Source of the DNA: Nannocystis bainbridge
GTDB lineage: Bacteria; Myxococcota_A; Polyangia; Nannocystales; Nannocystaceae
DNA length: 64,000 nt
Reading direction: 5' to 3'
Assembly (NCBI RefSeq): GCF_028368995.1
Contig: NZ_JAQNDL010000003.1
Location: 512,001 to 576,000 of the forward strand
Below the pieces are notes generated by a model. The model saw only the letters and a program-made list of their open reading frames with translations, did no database searches and was not told where the DNA came from. Made by a program: the position numbers and the translations under genes. Shown here piece after piece: positions 39,217-52,374 of this stretch (position 1 is the stretch's first letter; every line of letters starts with the position of its first letter).

Positions 39217-40752
39217 ATGTCTCCCGCCGAAGCCACGCCGTCGTCGGCGCTGCCCGCCCGCCCCGAGGCGCAGAGTCTTCGCGTCGATGCGCTCGTCCAC
39301 GACATCCTGTCCGGCCGGGTCCGCATCCCGGAAGTTCCCTCGAGTTGGGAGCCGAGCGACGTCCTCGCCCTGCTCGACAGCATGGATCGCGGCTACCCGA
39401 TCGGCATCCTGCTCCTGTGGCAGCGGCCCGCGCCGCCCAAACGGCTCGTCTACGGCAGCGTCACGCTCGACGTCCCTGCCTGCGCCGACGCCTTGTGGGT
39501 CGTCGACGGCCAACAGCGCCTCCTCGCGCTGCTGCGGGTCTTCGCGGGCGCCGGTCGTCCCACGGAGTCGTACGCGGTGTCCTACGACCTCGAACGAGCC
39601 ACATTCGAGCGGACGCACGGCGACTTCGACCCGCACGCCCTCCCGCTCACCGAGGTCCTCGATCCCGCGCGCCTGAACGCCTGGCTGAGCGCGCGCTCGG
39701 TGAGCAGCCGCCACCGACAGGCCGCGCTTCACCTCGGCGAGCGGCTGCGCGAATACACGATCCCGGCATACGTGCTCGGCACCCCTGACGAGACCGTCGT
39801 GTATGACCTCTACCGCCGCGTCAATGCTCCACACCGACGCCTCGCCCACGAAGCCGTGTTCGCAGCGCTCCATCGACGCGGCACCTCGGGGCCCCAGACA
39901 CTCCGAGAGGTCGCCGAAGGTCTGGCGGACCTCGACTTCGGCCCACTCGAAGAACATGTCTTGAAGGGCATGTTCTTCGAGCCATCTCATTCATTGAATG
40001 CGATCGAAGGCGTCATCCGTGCGACCGTCCAGTTCTTGCGGGAAGACGCCGGAATCCCTCACGTCTCGCTCGTCCCGGTCCCGTCGTCCCTCTCCGTCCT
40101 GTCCCGCGTCCTCGCTCGCTTCCCCGCCGCCCATCCGCGCACCCGCGAGCTCCTGTCGCGCTGGCTCTGGCGCGACGCGCTCGCGGGCGCCCGTCACGGT
40201 GACCCCTCGCGGCAGCCAGAACTGAGGGCCATCGAGACCGAAGACGAATACTCGGCCGTCGGGAGCCTGTTGCGCTGCGCCGCGCCTCACCCGGCCGCGG
40301 ACATCTTCCAGGATGGCGTCTTCGACCCCGGCTCGCCGGCTTCGCGGGTTCACCTGCTCGCGCTCCTCGACCTGGGCCCCCGTCACCTCGCCGATGGCAC
40401 GCCCGTCACTCCGGCTCGACCGGCCGACGCCTGCGCCTACCAGCCGCTGATTCGTCCCATCGTCCCCAATCTGCCCGAGGGCGCTCACGAGCTCGACAAC
40501 CTCATATTGCATCCCTCAGGGCTGGACGGGCTCGTCTCCCTCATCATCGCCTGCGAGTCGAGGGAGTTGCTGGCGACCCATGCCATTCCGCTGCCCGCCC
40601 GGGACGCGCTGCAGGCAGGGCACCTCGCGCAGTTCCTCCAGCTCCGCCACGCCGACATCCACACGCAGCTCCGTCGCTTCATCGACCGGCGAGCCCAGTG
40701 GCACGAGGCCGACACTCCGCCCGTCGAGGCGCTCCGGCTCGGAGGCGACTGA
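39217..40752 (+). CDS. DUF262 (ParB/GmrS-like) domain protein
   Basis: LLDSMDRGYPIGILLLW and VVDGQQRL. Confidence 0.85.
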   Translation: MSPAEATPSSALPARPEAQSLRVDALVHDILSGRVRIPEVPSSWEPSDVLALLDSMDRGYPIGILLLWQRPAPPKRLVYGSVTLDVPACADALWVVDGQQRLLALLRVFAGAGRPTESYAVSYDLERATFERTHGDFDPHALPLTEVLDPARLNAWLSARSVSSRHRQAALHLGERLREYTIPAYVLGTPDETVVYDLYRRVNAPHRRLAHEAVFAALHRRGTSGPQTLREVAEGLADLDFGPLEEHVLKGMFFEPSHSLNAIEGVIRATVQFLREDAGIPHVSLVPVPSSLSVLSRVLARFPAAHPRTRELLSRWLWRDALAGARHGDPSRQPELRAIETEDEYSAVGSLLRCAAPHPAADIFQDGVFDPGSPASRVHLLALLDLGPRHLADGTPVTPARPADACAYQPLIRPIVPNLPEGAHELDNLILHPSGLDGLVSLIIACESRELLATHAIPLPARDALQAGHLAQFLQLRHADIHTQLRRFIDRRAQWHEADTPPVEALRLGGD

Positions 40753-40754
40753 TC

Positions 40755-41987
40755 ATGCGTCTGGCCATCCTGCTCGGTGACATCGACGTCGCCCGCCTCG
40801 TGCGACGCGATGACGGCACCGTCGAGCTCACGTTCCTCGCGGACTACCGCGTGTCGTACCCGCGGCCGGTGCTCGGCCTCCACTACCTCGACAAACTGAC
40901 GCGTCCCCTCCCCTTCACGTCCGGCCTCCCGTCGTTCTTCACCAATCTCTTGCCCGAAGCCGACGGTCCGCTCCGACGCCTCATCGTCCACGCCGCCGGG
41001 ATCCGCGAACATCAGGAGCTCCGCCTCCTCGCCCATCTCGGCGAAGATCTGCCCGGCGCCGTCATTGTCCGCCCGCTCGACAGCTTCGAGGATCACGAGG
41101 CACCGAGCCCCGAGCTCGGCACCACGCCGCCACCGGCCACTGGCAACAAGCTGCGGTTCTCGCTCGCCGGCGTCCAGCTCAAGTATTCGATGGTCCGCCA
41201 CGGCAAGGGGCTCACCTTGCCGGCCAGCGGCCGAGGCGGCGACTGGATCGTCAAGCTGCCCGACGCCGAGTACGAGCGCGTGCCCGAGAACGAGTACGCG
41301 GTCATGAGCTGGGCGCGCGAGAGCGGCATCGAAGTCCCCGAGTTCGACCTCGTCCCTCACGCCGACCTCGTCGGCCTGCCGGACCGCCGCATCGTCCGGG
41401 ACGAGCTCTGCTTCGCCATCCGCCGCTTCGACCGTCTCCCCGGCGACCGCGTCCACATCGAAGATTTCGCCCAGGTCAACGGCGTCCATCCTTTCCGCAA
41501 GTACGACGACGAGCGTCCCGTCGCGGCGCGCCTCAACTTCGAGACGCTGGCCAACCAGATCCTCACCTTTTGCGGTGAAGCCGACCTGCGCCAATTCATC
41601 CTTCGCCTCGTCTTCACCGTCCTGTCCGGCAACGCCGACGCCCACCTCAAGAACTGGTCGCTCATCTATCCTGATGGCCGCACCCCACGTCTGAGCCCCG
41701 CCTACGACCAGGTGGCGACCATCGCCTACATCCCCTCGGATGAACTCGCCCTACCGTTCGCAAACTCTCTATCCTTCGAGACGGCCACTGTCGACGCCTT
41801 CCGCCGCCTCGCCCGCAAGCTCCGCCGCGACCCCGACGAGATGGAGCGATGGGTCACCGAGGACGTGGAGCGCATCATGGACGCCTGGACCACCCACGCT
41901 GCCGGCCTCCCGCTCCCCCTGGAAGCCCGCTTCGCCCTCGACCAGCACCACAAGCGTCTGCGCGCCACAGGAACCTTGCTCAAGTAA
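40755..41987 (+). CDS. hipA: HipA-family kinase toxin
   Basis: FFTNLLPE, SLAGVQLK, ENEY, RRFDR, GNADAHLKNWS, LSPAYD. Confidence 0.93.
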   Translation: MRLAILLGDIDVARLVRRDDGTVELTFLADYRVSYPRPVLGLHYLDKLTRPLPFTSGLPSFFTNLLPEADGPLRRLIVHAAGIREHQELRLLAHLGEDLPGAVIVRPLDSFEDHEAPSPELGTTPPPATGNKLRFSLAGVQLKYSMVRHGKGLTLPASGRGGDWIVKLPDAEYERVPENEYAVMSWARESGIEVPEFDLVPHADLVGLPDRRIVRDELCFAIRRFDRLPGDRVHIEDFAQVNGVHPFRKYDDERPVAARLNFETLANQILTFCGEADLRQFILRLVFTVLSGNADAHLKNWSLIYPDGRTPRLSPAYDQVATIAYIPSDELALPFANSLSFETATVDAFRRLARKLRRDPDEMERWVTEDVERIMDAWTTHAAGLPLPLEARFALDQHHKRLRATGTLLK

Positions 41988-42035
41988 GTTGCCCCGAGGG
42001 ACATGCCCGCTCGGACATGCCCCTCGCGCCAGCCC

Positions 42036-42785
42036 TCACAGCACGAACGGGATCACCGCTTTGCGGCTCGCCGGGTACTCGGGGAACTTCTGCTTGTACC
42101 ACTTGTGGTGCGCCACCGCCCGCGGCACCAGGTTGGCCGCCGTGAACACCGCGAACGACAGCCCGGCGACCGACCAGGTGGCGATCGCCCAGCCCGTCCA
42201 CTCGAGCAGCTCGCCGAAGTAGTTCGGGCACGAGATCAGCTCGTAGAGCCCGCCGCGGGGAATTTTGTAGCCCTTCTCGCCCGGCTTGCGCAGGCTGGCC
42301 AGGACCGCGTCGGCGCGGCGGTTGATGCGGTAGCCGAGCACGAACAGCCCGACCCCGATCCACAGCCGCGGGTCCAGCAGCCACGACAGCTCGTAGCGGC
42401 CGAACTCGCCGATCCAGCGCGCGTTCACGTAGGCGTTGACGAGGTTGAACACGAACCCCATCGCCACCACCGTGACCGGCGTGTGGCCGCCCGGGCGGAT
42501 CTTCAGCGGGAAGATGAACGCCCGCTGGATGTAGTGCGACTGCCACAGCACCAGCAGCAGCAGCGGCACCAGGCTCCACGCACCGGCGAAGAACACCGCC
42601 AGAAACCACAGCACCGACGGCGACTCCATCACCATCCACGCCAGCCGCGTGTCCATCTGCGGCCCCCACCCCTCGCGCGCGTGGCGACCGTACGGCGCGA
42701 CGATGAACAGCAGCGCCGGCACCGTCAGCGCGGCGACGAGGAACACTCCCTGGACCAGCAGCGTGTGAAACTCGAGCTCCGACAT
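42036..42785 (-). CDS. 3-oxo-5-alpha-steroid 4-dehydrogenase (steroid 5-alpha-reductase) family
   Basis: APYGRH, AWMVMESP, YKIPRGGLYELISCPNYFGE, HHKWY. Confidence 0.9.
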   Translation of the reverse strand: MSELEFHTLLVQGVFLVAALTVPALLFIVAPYGRHAREGWGPQMDTRLAWMVMESPSVLWFLAVFFAGAWSLVPLLLLVLWQSHYIQRAFIFPLKIRPGGHTPVTVVAMGFVFNLVNAYVNARWIGEFGRYELSWLLDPRLWIGVGLFVLGYRINRRADAVLASLRKPGEKGYKIPRGGLYELISCPNYFGELLEWTGWAIATWSVAGLSFAVFTAANLVPRAVAHHKWYKQKFPEYPASRKAVIPFVL

Positions 42786-43103
42786 CCCCGCGAGTAGACC
42801 ACACCGCCCCGGCCCCCGTCGCCCCCGCCGCGTGCGCTATTCGACGCCCGCCGGCCCCCGTCCGCGATCACCCGCTCACGCCGGGGAATCCCCCGCGCCT
42901 GTCCTTCACAACATGCTCCGAAGGCCAGCCTATGTCAGCGTCACGGCCAGCGCGGCGGCTGGCGAGCGGACCCTGGGCGCCCGGCCTCCCATGCTCCGAG
43001 GGGGAGTCTCGATCCTCGCCACGACGGACGCGACCGGCTCACGGGCGCACGCTCTCGAACTCCCCAACCTGGTCTCTGCCGCTCGGCTCACCCGGCGCTG
43101 CGG

Positions 43104-44153
43104 TCACTGCAGCGCCCGCCGCAGCGCCCCGGCGATCTCGCTCAACGCCGGCCGCGCGTTCGAGAGCCCGCCCGACGCGCTGACGTGCCCGTGGAACATC
43201 CCGCGGTGGCACGCGAACGCGACGGGCACCCCGGCCGCCTCGAGCTTGCCCGCGAACGCCTCGCCCTCGTCGCGCAGCGGATCGAACCCGGCGGTGAACA
43301 CCGCGGCCGGCGGCGCCCCGGCCACGTCCGCGAACCATGGCGACGCCCGCGGGTCGCGCCCGTCCTCGGCGCCGCGCAGGTAGTGGCCCATGAACCACTC
43401 CATCGTCTCCTTCTCGAGGAAGAACCCCTTGCCGAGGCTCTCGATCGACGGGAACGACATCGTCAGGTCGACCGCCGGATAGATGAGCAGCTGAAACACC
43501 GGCCGCACCGCGTCGCCGCGGGTCTCGAGCCCGACCACCGCCGACAGGTTGCCGCCCGCGCTGTCGCCCGCCACCGCGATCCGCTTCGGATCGATCCCGA
43601 GCGCGCCGGCGCTGGCGACCACATGACGGAACGCCGCCACCGCGTCGTCGGCCGCCGCCGGGAACCGATGCTCGGGCGCCAGGCGGTAGTCGACGGCGAT
43701 GACGACGCAGCGGGCCTCGTCGGCGAGGATCCGGCACACGGGATCATGCGAGTCGAGGCCGCCGACGACGAACCCGCCGCCGTGAAAATACACCGTCGCC
43801 GGCGCCAGCGCGGCCAGCCCCCGCGGCCGGTAGATCCGCACCGCGAGCTCACCACCTGGCCCCTGGAACCTGTCCTCAGAGACAGTCTCCAGGGTCGGCG
43901 CCAGCGGGGCCAGCATCGCCGTGTTGATGTCCATCTCCCGCCGGGCCCGCGCGACCGAGAGCTCGTGGAAATGCGGCCGCCGCATCCGCCGCTGCATCGC
44001 CAGCATGTGCTGCACCTGCGGGTCGAGCGTGTGCCCGTCGCGCTCGACCGGCCCGCCGCCCGCCAGCCTCCGCTGCAACGAGTCCGGCAGCGACAGCAGC
44101 AGCCGCGCAGCGAACGCCTGGAACCTGTGAGACACGGACAGCGGCTTCCCCAT
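43104..44153 (-). CDS. HSL-family esterase/lipase
   Basis: HGGG, GDSAGG, FDPLRDEG. Confidence 0.93.
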   Translation of the reverse strand: MGKPLSVSHRFQAFAARLLLSLPDSLQRRLAGGGPVERDGHTLDPQVQHMLAMQRRMRRPHFHELSVARARREMDINTAMLAPLAPTLETVSEDRFQGPGGELAVRIYRPRGLAALAPATVYFHGGGFVVGGLDSHDPVCRILADEARCVVIAVDYRLAPEHRFPAAADDAVAAFRHVVASAGALGIDPKRIAVAGDSAGGNLSAVVGLETRGDAVRPVFQLLIYPAVDLTMSFPSIESLGKGFFLEKETMEWFMGHYLRGAEDGRDPRASPWFADVAGAPPAAVFTAGFDPLRDEGEAFAGKLEAAGVPVAFACHRGMFHGHVSASGGLSNARPALSEIAGALRRALQ

Positions 44154-44259
44154 CGCCGCGACGATACCCGATCGCCCGCCCCCGCGCATCACCGCCGCCA
44201 TGTCCCGTTCGACATGTCCTTCAGGACACCCGACCCCGCGGCGTCGCGTCCCCGGGCGG

Positions 44260-44448
44260 TTACGGCGAACCAGCGTTCTCGGGCGCGCTGGCCAGCAGCT
44301 CCTCGAGCACCTGCATGGCCCCGCCGATCCGCAGCAGCGTGTCGCGCACCTCCATCTGCTTGCCCTCGAGCTCGCGCAGCAGCTTCTGCCCGCCGTCGAA
44401 TTCGCGCCGGAGTTCGGCGAGCCGCGCCTCGATCATGCTCCGCTCCAT
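44260..44448 (-). CDS. Small coiled-coil protein
   Basis: ARLAELRREFDGGQKLLRELE...LLRIGGAMQVLEELL. Confidence 0.7.
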   Translation of the reverse strand: MERSMIEARLAELRREFDGGQKLLRELEGKQMEVRDTLLRIGGAMQVLEELLASAPENAGSP

Positions 44449-44660
44449 CCCCACCCTATAACACGCGGACCACGACGCCGACGCCGGTTTCATCCGCGAC
44501 GCACGCGGCCGGCTCGCGCGGCCCAGCGCCGCCGCCTCCGCGGCCGCGCCACCCCCTCGCAACACGGGAACGCGCTCGGGTCCGCCCCGTCGCCACCGCA
44601 CCCCGGCAGCTCCGGCTCAGCTGCGCACCTGGCGAGAGCAGGCACCGCCGCGATCACGGA

Positions 44661-44712
44661 GTGCATGTCCCCGAGAACATGCCTCTTAGAGCATGCCCCA
44701 AACGACATGTCC
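44661..44712. repeat. 14-bp phased CATG array
   Basis: CATG at 44664, 44678, 44692 and 44706. Confidence 0.92.
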
Positions 44713-44732
44713 TGAAGTTTCTCCTAAAAAAC

Positions 44733-47045
<2,313 letters not shown>

Positions 47046-47334
47046 CGCGTGGTCTCTCCGGAGCGTCCGCTCCGCGTGGGTGAGGTCAGCGGCTGGCGCG
47101 GAAGGCCCGCAGCTGGACCCCGAAGGAGCTATGCACTTGCGTCCCGGGCACCCACAGCGCCAGCATCGCGGGGGAAATCACCCTCGCACGATACGCCGCG
47201 CCCGCCGCCCCGGCAACCCGGGCACAGCGCCCGCGCGGCCCGGCCGGCGATCGCCGCCGCGGCGCCCGCGGACGTCGTGCGCGGCGGGATCTCCGCAACT
47301 CGCCGGCCGCGTCCGGCCGGAGCCCCCCGACTCC

Positions 47335-47414
47335 GGGCATGTCGCTTCGAACATGCCCCCGAGGACATGCCCGAAGCGACATGCCCCTGCGGACATGCCC
47401 CGCGAGACAGCCTC
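47335..47414. repeat. 14-bp phased CATG array (longest)
   Basis: CATG at 47338, 47352, 47366, 47380 and 47394; CAGC at 47408. Confidence 0.95.
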
Positions 47415-47419
47415 GCGCC

Positions 47420-47851
47420 TCAGAACTTCCCGGACACGAACGCCATCGGCCGCATCACCTTCCCGGCGCCGCGCATCGCCGAGGTGAAGAACGACAGCAC
47501 CGCCGTCTGCACCCCGACCCGCACCTCGGTCCCGCGCACCCGGTACTGCAGCTTCGGCTGGACCAGCCCGACCCCCGCGCCCATCGCCGGCGCCGACAGC
47601 AGCGCCGCCGAAAAGCTGTCGAGGCGCCGGTGCTTCGGCGTCAGCTCGAGCGCCCACATCGGCTGCAGCTGGTACTCGAAGCCGCGAAACGGCCGCGACA
47701 GATCGATCATCGGCGACCAGGTCAGGAAGTGCTCCTGCTTGAGCACGAACACCCCTGCGAGATCCCACTCGCGCGGCGGCGCGGTCATCGGCGGCGAGAG
47801 CACCGCCGGCGCCTGCATGAGCCATCCTGCCAGCGACGCGATCGTGATCAC
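47420..47851 (-). CDS. Hypothetical protein, beta-strand-rich, ending in Phe
   Basis: 3' portion of the long track ORF; plausible GTG start at 47851. Confidence 0.55.
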   Translation of the reverse strand: MITIASLAGWLMQAPAVLSPPMTAPPREWDLAGVFVLKQEHFLTWSPMIDLSRPFRGFEYQLQPMWALELTPKHRRLDSFSAALLSAPAMGAGVGLVQPKLQYRVRGTEVRVGVQTAVLSFFTSAMRGAGKVMRPMAFVSGKF

Positions 47852-47977
47852 GCTCCCACCATACGCCGCGCCCTGCGCCCCGACAACTCGCGCCGCTCGC
47901 TCGCTCGCCGACCGGGTCCAGGGGTCGGGGAGACACTGTTCGCGGCGGGATCTCCGCGCTCGTGCTATCGTCCGCGC

Positions 47978-50020
47978 GTGACCGTCAACCCGCTCCTGCG
48001 CGTGCAGTTCCGCGTCCCCTTCGACCAGATCCGGCCCGAGCACGTCGAGCCCGCGATCGCCGAGCTCCTCACCGACGCCCGCGCCGAACTCCAGGCCATC
48101 GCCGCCGCCCCCGGGCCGCGCACCTTCGACAACACGCTCGGCGCGCTCGAGACCGCGACCGAGCGGCTCGAGTTCGCGATGACGCTGGTCGGCCACCTCG
48201 AGAGCGTCGCCACCACGCCCGAGCTGCGCGCCGCCCACAACGCGGTCCAGGGCCCGATCGCCGAGTTCTTCGCCCAGATCCCGCTCGACGCCGGGCTGTG
48301 GCAGGCGCTGCAGGAGTTCAGCCGCACGCCCGAGGCCGCCGCGCTGACCGGCGCGCGCAAGCGGCTGCTGGAGCGCACCCTCGACGATTTCCGCCGCCAG
48401 GGCGCCGAGCTCGACCCCGCCGGCAAGGCCCGCCTCGCCGAGCTCAGCGCCGAGCTGGCCCAGATCACCACGCAATACTCCGAGCACGTGCTCGACGGCA
48501 CCAACGCCTACGAGCTGTGGATCACCGACCCGGCTGACCTCGCAGGCCTGCCGCAGTCGGCGATCGACGCCGCGCGGGCCGGCGCCGAGGCCAAGGGCCG
48601 CCCGAGCGCGTGGCGGTTCACCCTGCAGCAGCCGAGCTTCGCCCCGTTCGTGACCTACGCCGACAGCCCCAAGCTGCGCGAGGAGATCTGGCGCGCCGCC
48701 AACATCTGCGCCAGCGACGGCCCGCACGACAACCGCGAGCTGCTGCGCCGGATCTTGCTGCTGCGCCGCGAGCAGGCCGCGCTGCTCGGGTTCCGCGACT
48801 TCGCCGACTTCGTGCTCAAGCCGCGCATGGCCAAAGACGGCGCCAGCGCCCGCGCCTTCGTCGACCGCCTGGCCGCCCGCACCGAGGCCGCCTTCGCCGC
48901 CGAAGCGCGTGACCTCCACGCCTTCCGCCAGCAGCTCGAAGGGCCGGCCGCCCCCGCGCCTGCGGCCTGGGACCTCGCCTATTACGCCGAGAAGCAGCGG
49001 CGCGCCCTCTACGACTTCGACGACGAGGCGCTGCGCCCCTACTTCCCGGTCGAGTCGGTGCTGAAGGGCCTGTTCGAGCTCGTCGGCGACCTCTACGGCG
49101 TGCGCGTCGAGCCGGTCGACGACTTCGCCACCTGGCACCCCGACGTGCGCACCTACGCCGTGCGCGACGGCGACGCCCTGCTCGGGGTGTTCTACGCCGA
49201 CCTGTTCCCGCGCGAGCAGAAGCGCAGCGGCGCGTGGATGAACGCGCTGGTGACCGGCCGCCCTGACGGCCGCGGCGGCTTCGGCCCGCACCTCGGCCTC
49301 ATCTGCGGCAACCTCACCCCGCCGATCGGCGACCGCCCGGCGCTGCTCACCCACGACGAGGTCGAGACGATCTTCCACGAGTTCGGCCACCTGCTGCACC
49401 ACCTGCTCACGCGCGTCGAGCTGCGCAGCCAGGCCGGCACCAACGTCGCCTGGGACTTCGTCGAGCTGCCGTCGCAGATCATGGAGAACTGGTGCTGGGA
49501 GCGAGCCGCGCTCGACCGCTTCGCCCGCCACGTCGACACCGGCGCGCCAGTGCCCGACGAGCTGGTGAGCCGCATGCTGAGCGCCCGCAACTTCCGCGCC
49601 GCCTCGGCGATGATGCGCCAGCTCAGCTTCGCCACCGTCGACCTCGAGCTGCACCGCGGCTCGCTGCCGGCCACGCCGGCGGAGATCCTCGCGCGCGCCC
49701 GCGAGATCATGAATCGCTTCAGCTCCGCCCCGCTGCCCGGCGACTACGCGATGGTGTGCCGCTTCGGCCACCTGTTCTCGAGCCCGGTCGCCTACGCCGC
49801 CGGCTACTACTCGTACAAGTGGGCCGAGGTGCTCGACGCCGACGCCTTCACCCGCTTCCAGGGCCAGGGCCTGTTCGACCGCGAAGTCGGCCTCGCCTTC
49901 CGCCGCGCGATCCTCGAGCGCGGCGACAGCGACGACCCGGCCGCCCTGTTCCGCGCCTTCATGGGCCGCGACCCCGACCCCGAGGCCCTGCTGCGCCGCG
50001 CCGGCCTGGCCGCCGCCTGA
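47978..50020 (+). CDS. prlC: Oligopeptidase A (M3 family)
   Basis: [50 protein letters not shown]. Confidence 0.93.
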   Translation: MTVNPLLRVQFRVPFDQIRPEHVEPAIAELLTDARAELQAIAAAPGPRTFDNTLGALETATERLEFAMTLVGHLESVATTPELRAAHNAVQGPIAEFFAQIPLDAGLWQALQEFSRTPEAAALTGARKRLLERTLDDFRRQGAELDPAGKARLAELSAELAQITTQYSEHVLDGTNAYELWITDPADLAGLPQSAIDAARAGAEAKGRPSAWRFTLQQPSFAPFVTYADSPKLREEIWRAANICASDGPHDNRELLRRILLLRREQAALLGFRDFADFVLKPRMAKDGASARAFVDRLAARTEAAFAAEARDLHAFRQQLEGPAAPAPAAWDLAYYAEKQRRALYDFDDEALRPYFPVESVLKGLFELVGDLYGVRVEPVDDFATWHPDVRTYAVRDGDALLGVFYADLFPREQKRSGAWMNALVTGRPDGRGGFGPHLGLICGNLTPPIGDRPALLTHDEVETIFHEFGHLLHHLLTRVELRSQAGTNVAWDFVELPSQIMENWCWERAALDRFARHVDTGAPVPDELVSRMLSARNFRAASAMMRQLSFATVDLELHRGSLPATPAEILARAREIMNRFSSAPLPGDYAMVCRFGHLFSSPVAYAAGYYSYKWAEVLDADAFTRFQGQGLFDREVGLAFRRAILERGDSDDPAALFRAFMGRDPDPEALLRRAGLAAA

Positions 50021-50026
50021 CCTTTC

Positions 50027-50078
50027 GGACCTGCCCCATGCGACCTGTCCTCCAAAACATGTCCATTGGCGCAGGTCC
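50027..50078. repeat. 14-bp phased array
   Basis: Cores at 50030 (CCTG), 50044 (CCTG), 50058 (CATG) and 50072 (CAGG). Confidence 0.85.
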
Positions 50079-50200
50079 GAGCGCTGCCTCGCCTGTCCCG
50101 ACGCCCACGCCGCCCGGGACCTATCCCGCCAACCTGTCCCTCGGGACATCTCGCTCCCCCTCTATCCACACCCCCCTCGCCGCCTGACCGCGGAGACCCT

Positions 50201-50965
50201 ATGCGACCCGTACTCATCGGACTGTCCTGCGGGACATCCTATCCCGACCCCGGCCGCGCGCTGTTCCTCGGCAAGTCGCTCGACTACGGCGAGCAGCGGC
50301 TGTCGGCCGCGCTGGCCCGCGCCGGCGCCTTGCCGTTCCTCCTGCCTGTCCTTCCGGACACCTCGATGCTGGTCGCGCTGGTCGAGCGGGTCGACGCGCT
50401 GGTCCTGAGCGGCGGCAGCGACGTCGCCCCCGGCGTCTACGGCGAGGCCCCGCTGCGCCCCGAGTGGGCCGGCGACCCGGCCCGCGACGCCTACGAGCAG
50501 GCGCTGCTCGGCGCCGCGCTGGCCCAGGGCAAGCCGGTGCTCGGGGTCTGCCGCGGCATCCAGCTGCTCAACGCCGCCCTCGGCGGCAGCCTCTACCAGG
50601 ACATCGGCTTCCAGGTCCCGGGCGCGCTGGTCCACCGCGACCCCGCCCGCTACGACGACAACGAGCACCCGGTGCGACTGCTCGCGGAGTCATGGCTGGC
50701 CGCGCTCTACGGCGCGCCCGAGCTGCTCGTCAACTCCGTCCACCACCAGGCCATCAAGGCCCTCGCGCCCGGCCTGCGCGCCTGCGCGTGGGCGCCCGAC
50801 GGCATCATCGAGGCCGCCGCCGACGAGCGCCGTGACATCTACGGCGTGCAGTGGCACCCCGAGTGGCTCGACCGCGAGAGCCCGCACTTCGCCCGCCGCT
50901 GCGCCGGCGACCCGATCTTCAGCGCCTTTGTCGCCCGCGTCCGCGTCCGCGCCGGCGTCGCGTGA
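50201..50965 (+). CDS. Gamma-glutamyl-GABA hydrolase family (peptidase C26)
   Basis: LSGGSDV, GVCRGIQ, NSVHHQ, GVQWHPE. Confidence 0.9.
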   Translation: MRPVLIGLSCGTSYPDPGRALFLGKSLDYGEQRLSAALARAGALPFLLPVLPDTSMLVALVERVDALVLSGGSDVAPGVYGEAPLRPEWAGDPARDAYEQALLGAALAQGKPVLGVCRGIQLLNAALGGSLYQDIGFQVPGALVHRDPARYDDNEHPVRLLAESWLAALYGAPELLVNSVHHQAIKALAPGLRACAWAPDGIIEAAADERRDIYGVQWHPEWLDRESPHFARRCAGDPIFSAFVARVRVRAGVA

Positions 50966-51159
50966 GCGCGGCTCTCACGACCGCGCGCCCTCGCATCACC
51001 AGCGCCGCAGCCGCTCGTGACGCGCAGTCGCGACGCCGCGCCGGCGCGGCGTGCATCGGCGCTCACTCGCGCCTTGCGGGCCTGTCACGACGATCTCGCC
51101 GCGATGTCCGATCGGCGTCGCCTGGATCTCCCGATCGGTTTCCGATAGCCTGCGCGATC

Positions 51160-52374
51160 ATGCTCGCTCGCCCTGCGGCCCTGCTCTCGACCTTCGTCCT
51201 CCTCCTCGGCTGCGGCGGCGACGATCGCCCTGGCGGCGACACCGAGACCACCGGCCTCACCTCGGGCGACCCGGGCAGCGACGCCGCGACCGCCGCACCG
51301 ACCACCACCGACGCGACCTCCGGGACAGGAACTTCAGGACAGGACCCTACGGGCATGTCCTCCGAGACAGACGACGTCACCACCGCCGATCCGCCGGTGA
51401 CCACCACTGAAGATCCGCCCGACACCACCGGCGGCCCGGGCCCCGCCCCTGGCGCCCTGTGCGAGCCGGTCCCGAAGTGTGACGCCGCCCCGCCGACCAT
51501 CCCTGGCCAGGGCGAGCCGGAGGGTGAGTACTCGCGCGGGCGCGACATGTTCTACGTCGAGGGCGAGGAGCAGTGGGTGATCGCCAAGTTCACCAAGTGG
51601 GGCTTCCCCGCCGACAAGGACATCGAGGGCAGCGCCGTCCACCTGTTCCTCGACCGCGGCTGCGCCGGCGAGTGGGAGGACCTCGGCGTCGCCATCACCA
51701 CCGTCGAGGGCGAGCACGCGCCGGTCCAGGGCGTCGACGACTCCGGCGGCCGCGTCTATTACAAGATCTCCCAGTCCGACCAGCTTGAGCCGGGCCGTCA
51801 CCGCGTGCACGGCGTCGTCGAGGAGTTCTGGGACACCGTCGACATCACCATCGACGTCGTCCCGGCCGGCGCCCCGATCTTCGTCAGCGACGTCGACGGC
51901 ACCCTCACCACCAGCGAGAGCGAGGAGGCCTGGGACTTCTTGCTCGGCGACATCCCCGAGGCCAACCCGTTCGCCGCCGAGGCGCTGAGCCTGCTCGCGT
52001 CGAAGGGTTATCGCCCCATGTACTTGACCGCCCGGCCCGAGTGGCTCGACCGGCGCACGCGCGAGTTCGTGGCCCTGCGCGGCTTCCCCGCCGGGATCAT
52101 TCACACCACGCTCACGTACACCGGCGGCATGGGCGACACCGCCGCCGCCTACAAGACCGGAGAATTTCAGCTACTCAAAGACAAGGGCCTCGTCCCGACC
52201 TGGCTGTTCGGCAACAAGGACAGCGACGCCGAGGCCTTCGAGTCGACCATGATCCCGACCGACCAGCGCGTGCTGTTCCAGTTCACCGACGCCGTCCACG
52301 GCGCCCGGCGGATCGAGAGCTACCAGGAGCTCCTCGCCGAATTCGAAGCCCTGCCCGACCTGTGCGGCCGATGA
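51160..52374 (+). CDS. Lipoprotein with LNS2/PITP-type HAD phosphatase domain
   Basis: LLGC lipobox; SDVDGTLT; YLTARP; FGNKDSD. Confidence 0.8.
   Translation: MLARPAALLSTFVLLLGCGGDDRPGGDTETTGLTSGDPGSDAATAAPTTTDATSGTGTSGQDPTGMSSETDDVTTADPPVTTTEDPPDTTGGPGPAPGALCEPVPKCDAAPPTIPGQGEPEGEYSRGRDMFYVEGEEQWVIAKFTKWGFPADKDIEGSAVHLFLDRGCAGEWEDLGVAITTVEGEHAPVQGVDDSGGRVYYKISQSDQLEPGRHRVHGVVEEFWDTVDITIDVVPAGAPIFVSDVDGTLTTSESEEAWDFLLGDIPEANPFAAEALSLLASKGYRPMYLTARPEWLDRRTREFVALRGFPAGIIHTTLTYTGGMGDTAAAYKTGEFQLLKDKGLVPTWLFGNKDSDAEAFESTMIPTDQRVLFQFTDAVHGARRIESYQELLAEFEALPDLCGR

Noticed and set aside
47335-47414. Resemblance of GGACATGYCC to the p53 half-site RRRCWWGYYY
   Set aside because: No p53-like gene is seen and the context is bacterial; treated as coincidence.
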